A stretch of 64,000 nt of DNA from an uncultured Rhodopirellula sp. (GTDB lineage Bacteria; Planctomycetota; Planctomycetia; Pirellulales; Pirellulaceae), in contig CAXGAI010000019.1 of NCBI GenBank assembly GCA_964007735.1, forward strand, positions 1 through 64,000. The letters are read 5' to 3'. The first letter of the stretch is position 1; each line of letters starts with the position of its first letter. A program made the translations under genes and the position numbers. A model generated the notes under the pieces. That model did not search any database. It saw only the letters and a list, made by a program, of their open reading frames with translations, and was not told where the DNA came from. Below, one piece after another: positions 63,215 to 64,000 of this stretch.

Positions 63215-63883
63215 ATGGCTTTGGAACGAGTGCTTGAGCCTGAAGTGATGGACACCTACGAAGAGGCACGTGACTATGACAGCATGGCCCACCAGGAGGT
63301 GAATGCCCTTTTTGTCCAGGACTTACTCGCATCGGGTGAAATTGGAATCGATGTATTAGATGTCGGAACAGGCACGGCGCAAATCCCCGTCGAACTTTGC
63401 CGTCAAAACAAAAAATGCCGAGTCATTGCAATCGATATGGCAGCCCATATGCTCGACCTTGCTCGTTTCAACATTGAAGTCGACGGATTCACGCAGCGGA
63501 TCTATTTGCAGCAAATTGATGCAAAGGATATGGATTTCGAACAGGACATGTTTGATTGCGTCATTTCGAACAGCATTATTCATCACATCCCAGCCCCGCG
63601 ATCAGTGTTACAGGAATCTATTCGTGTAGTCCGTCCGGGAGGGTTGCTATTCTTTCGGGATTTAATGAGGCCCGAATCAGACGAAGAGGTCTCCAGATTG
63701 GTTGAAATGTATGCAGGGGCAGAGAATCCGCATCAGCAACAGATGTTCGATGATTCGTTAAGGGCAGCATTGAGTCTCGAAGAGATTCGAGAGATGGTAA
63801 CGAGCCTGGGTTTTCGGGATGATATGGTTCAGGCAACAAGTGACAGACACTGGACCTGGACGGATCGGATGCAAGATAACTAA
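63215..63883 (+). CDS. Class I SAM-dependent methyltransferase
   Basis: VLDVGTGTA, AIDMA..ML, FDCVISNSIIHH, RVVRPGG. Confidence 0.9.
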   Translation: MALERVLEPEVMDTYEEARDYDSMAHQEVNALFVQDLLASGEIGIDVLDVGTGTAQIPVELCRQNKKCRVIAIDMAAHMLDLARFNIEVDGFTQRIYLQQIDAKDMDFEQDMFDCVISNSIIHHIPAPRSVLQESIRVVRPGGLLFFRDLMRPESDEEVSRLVEMYAGAENPHQQQMFDDSLRAALSLEEIREMVTSLGFRDDMVQATSDRHWTWTDRMQDN

Positions 63884-64000
63884 AAGTGCTGGAACTAGTA
63901 ACTTCAAGTGGGTAAAAAACTGAGCGTTTCGTGGTACACTACACGTCATGAAAATCATGGCTTGCAGCGCATTTCATGATGGTTGAGATTAAAGGGATTT

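Overview
Gene-dense core-chromosome window. DUF1501, a BBP7-type beta-barrel, a sulfatase, MoxR/DUF58, a ceramidase-like protein and a short DnaA point to a planctomycete (inference). It holds the replication cluster dnaA-(candidate oriC)-dnaN-dciA-gyrB plus scpB. Housekeeping genes include hemA, argH, carB, pyrC, aroB, panC, folK, lgt, lysA and infA. Also present are an ECF sigma/anti-sigma pair, a sensor-less sigma-54 activator, an orphan DNA methyltransferase and the EF-P beta-lysylation cluster efp-epmA/epmB. I saw no tRNA, rRNA, CRISPR array, transposase or prophage. Main observations: (1) EpmA is fused in frame to an intact N-terminal FHA (phosphothreonine-binding) domain, suggesting a link between Ser/Thr-kinase signalling and EF-P activation. 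(2) An unannotated multi-stem RNA ending in an intrinsic terminator lies upstream of folK-panC. (3) The DnaA lacks domain I and has degenerate sensor motifs, next to an origin-like spacer with non-canonical boxes. (4) A HEAT protein with a pseudo-receiver domain sits in front of the receiver-less sigma-54 activator. All calls are by-eye motif recognition; no searches were run.
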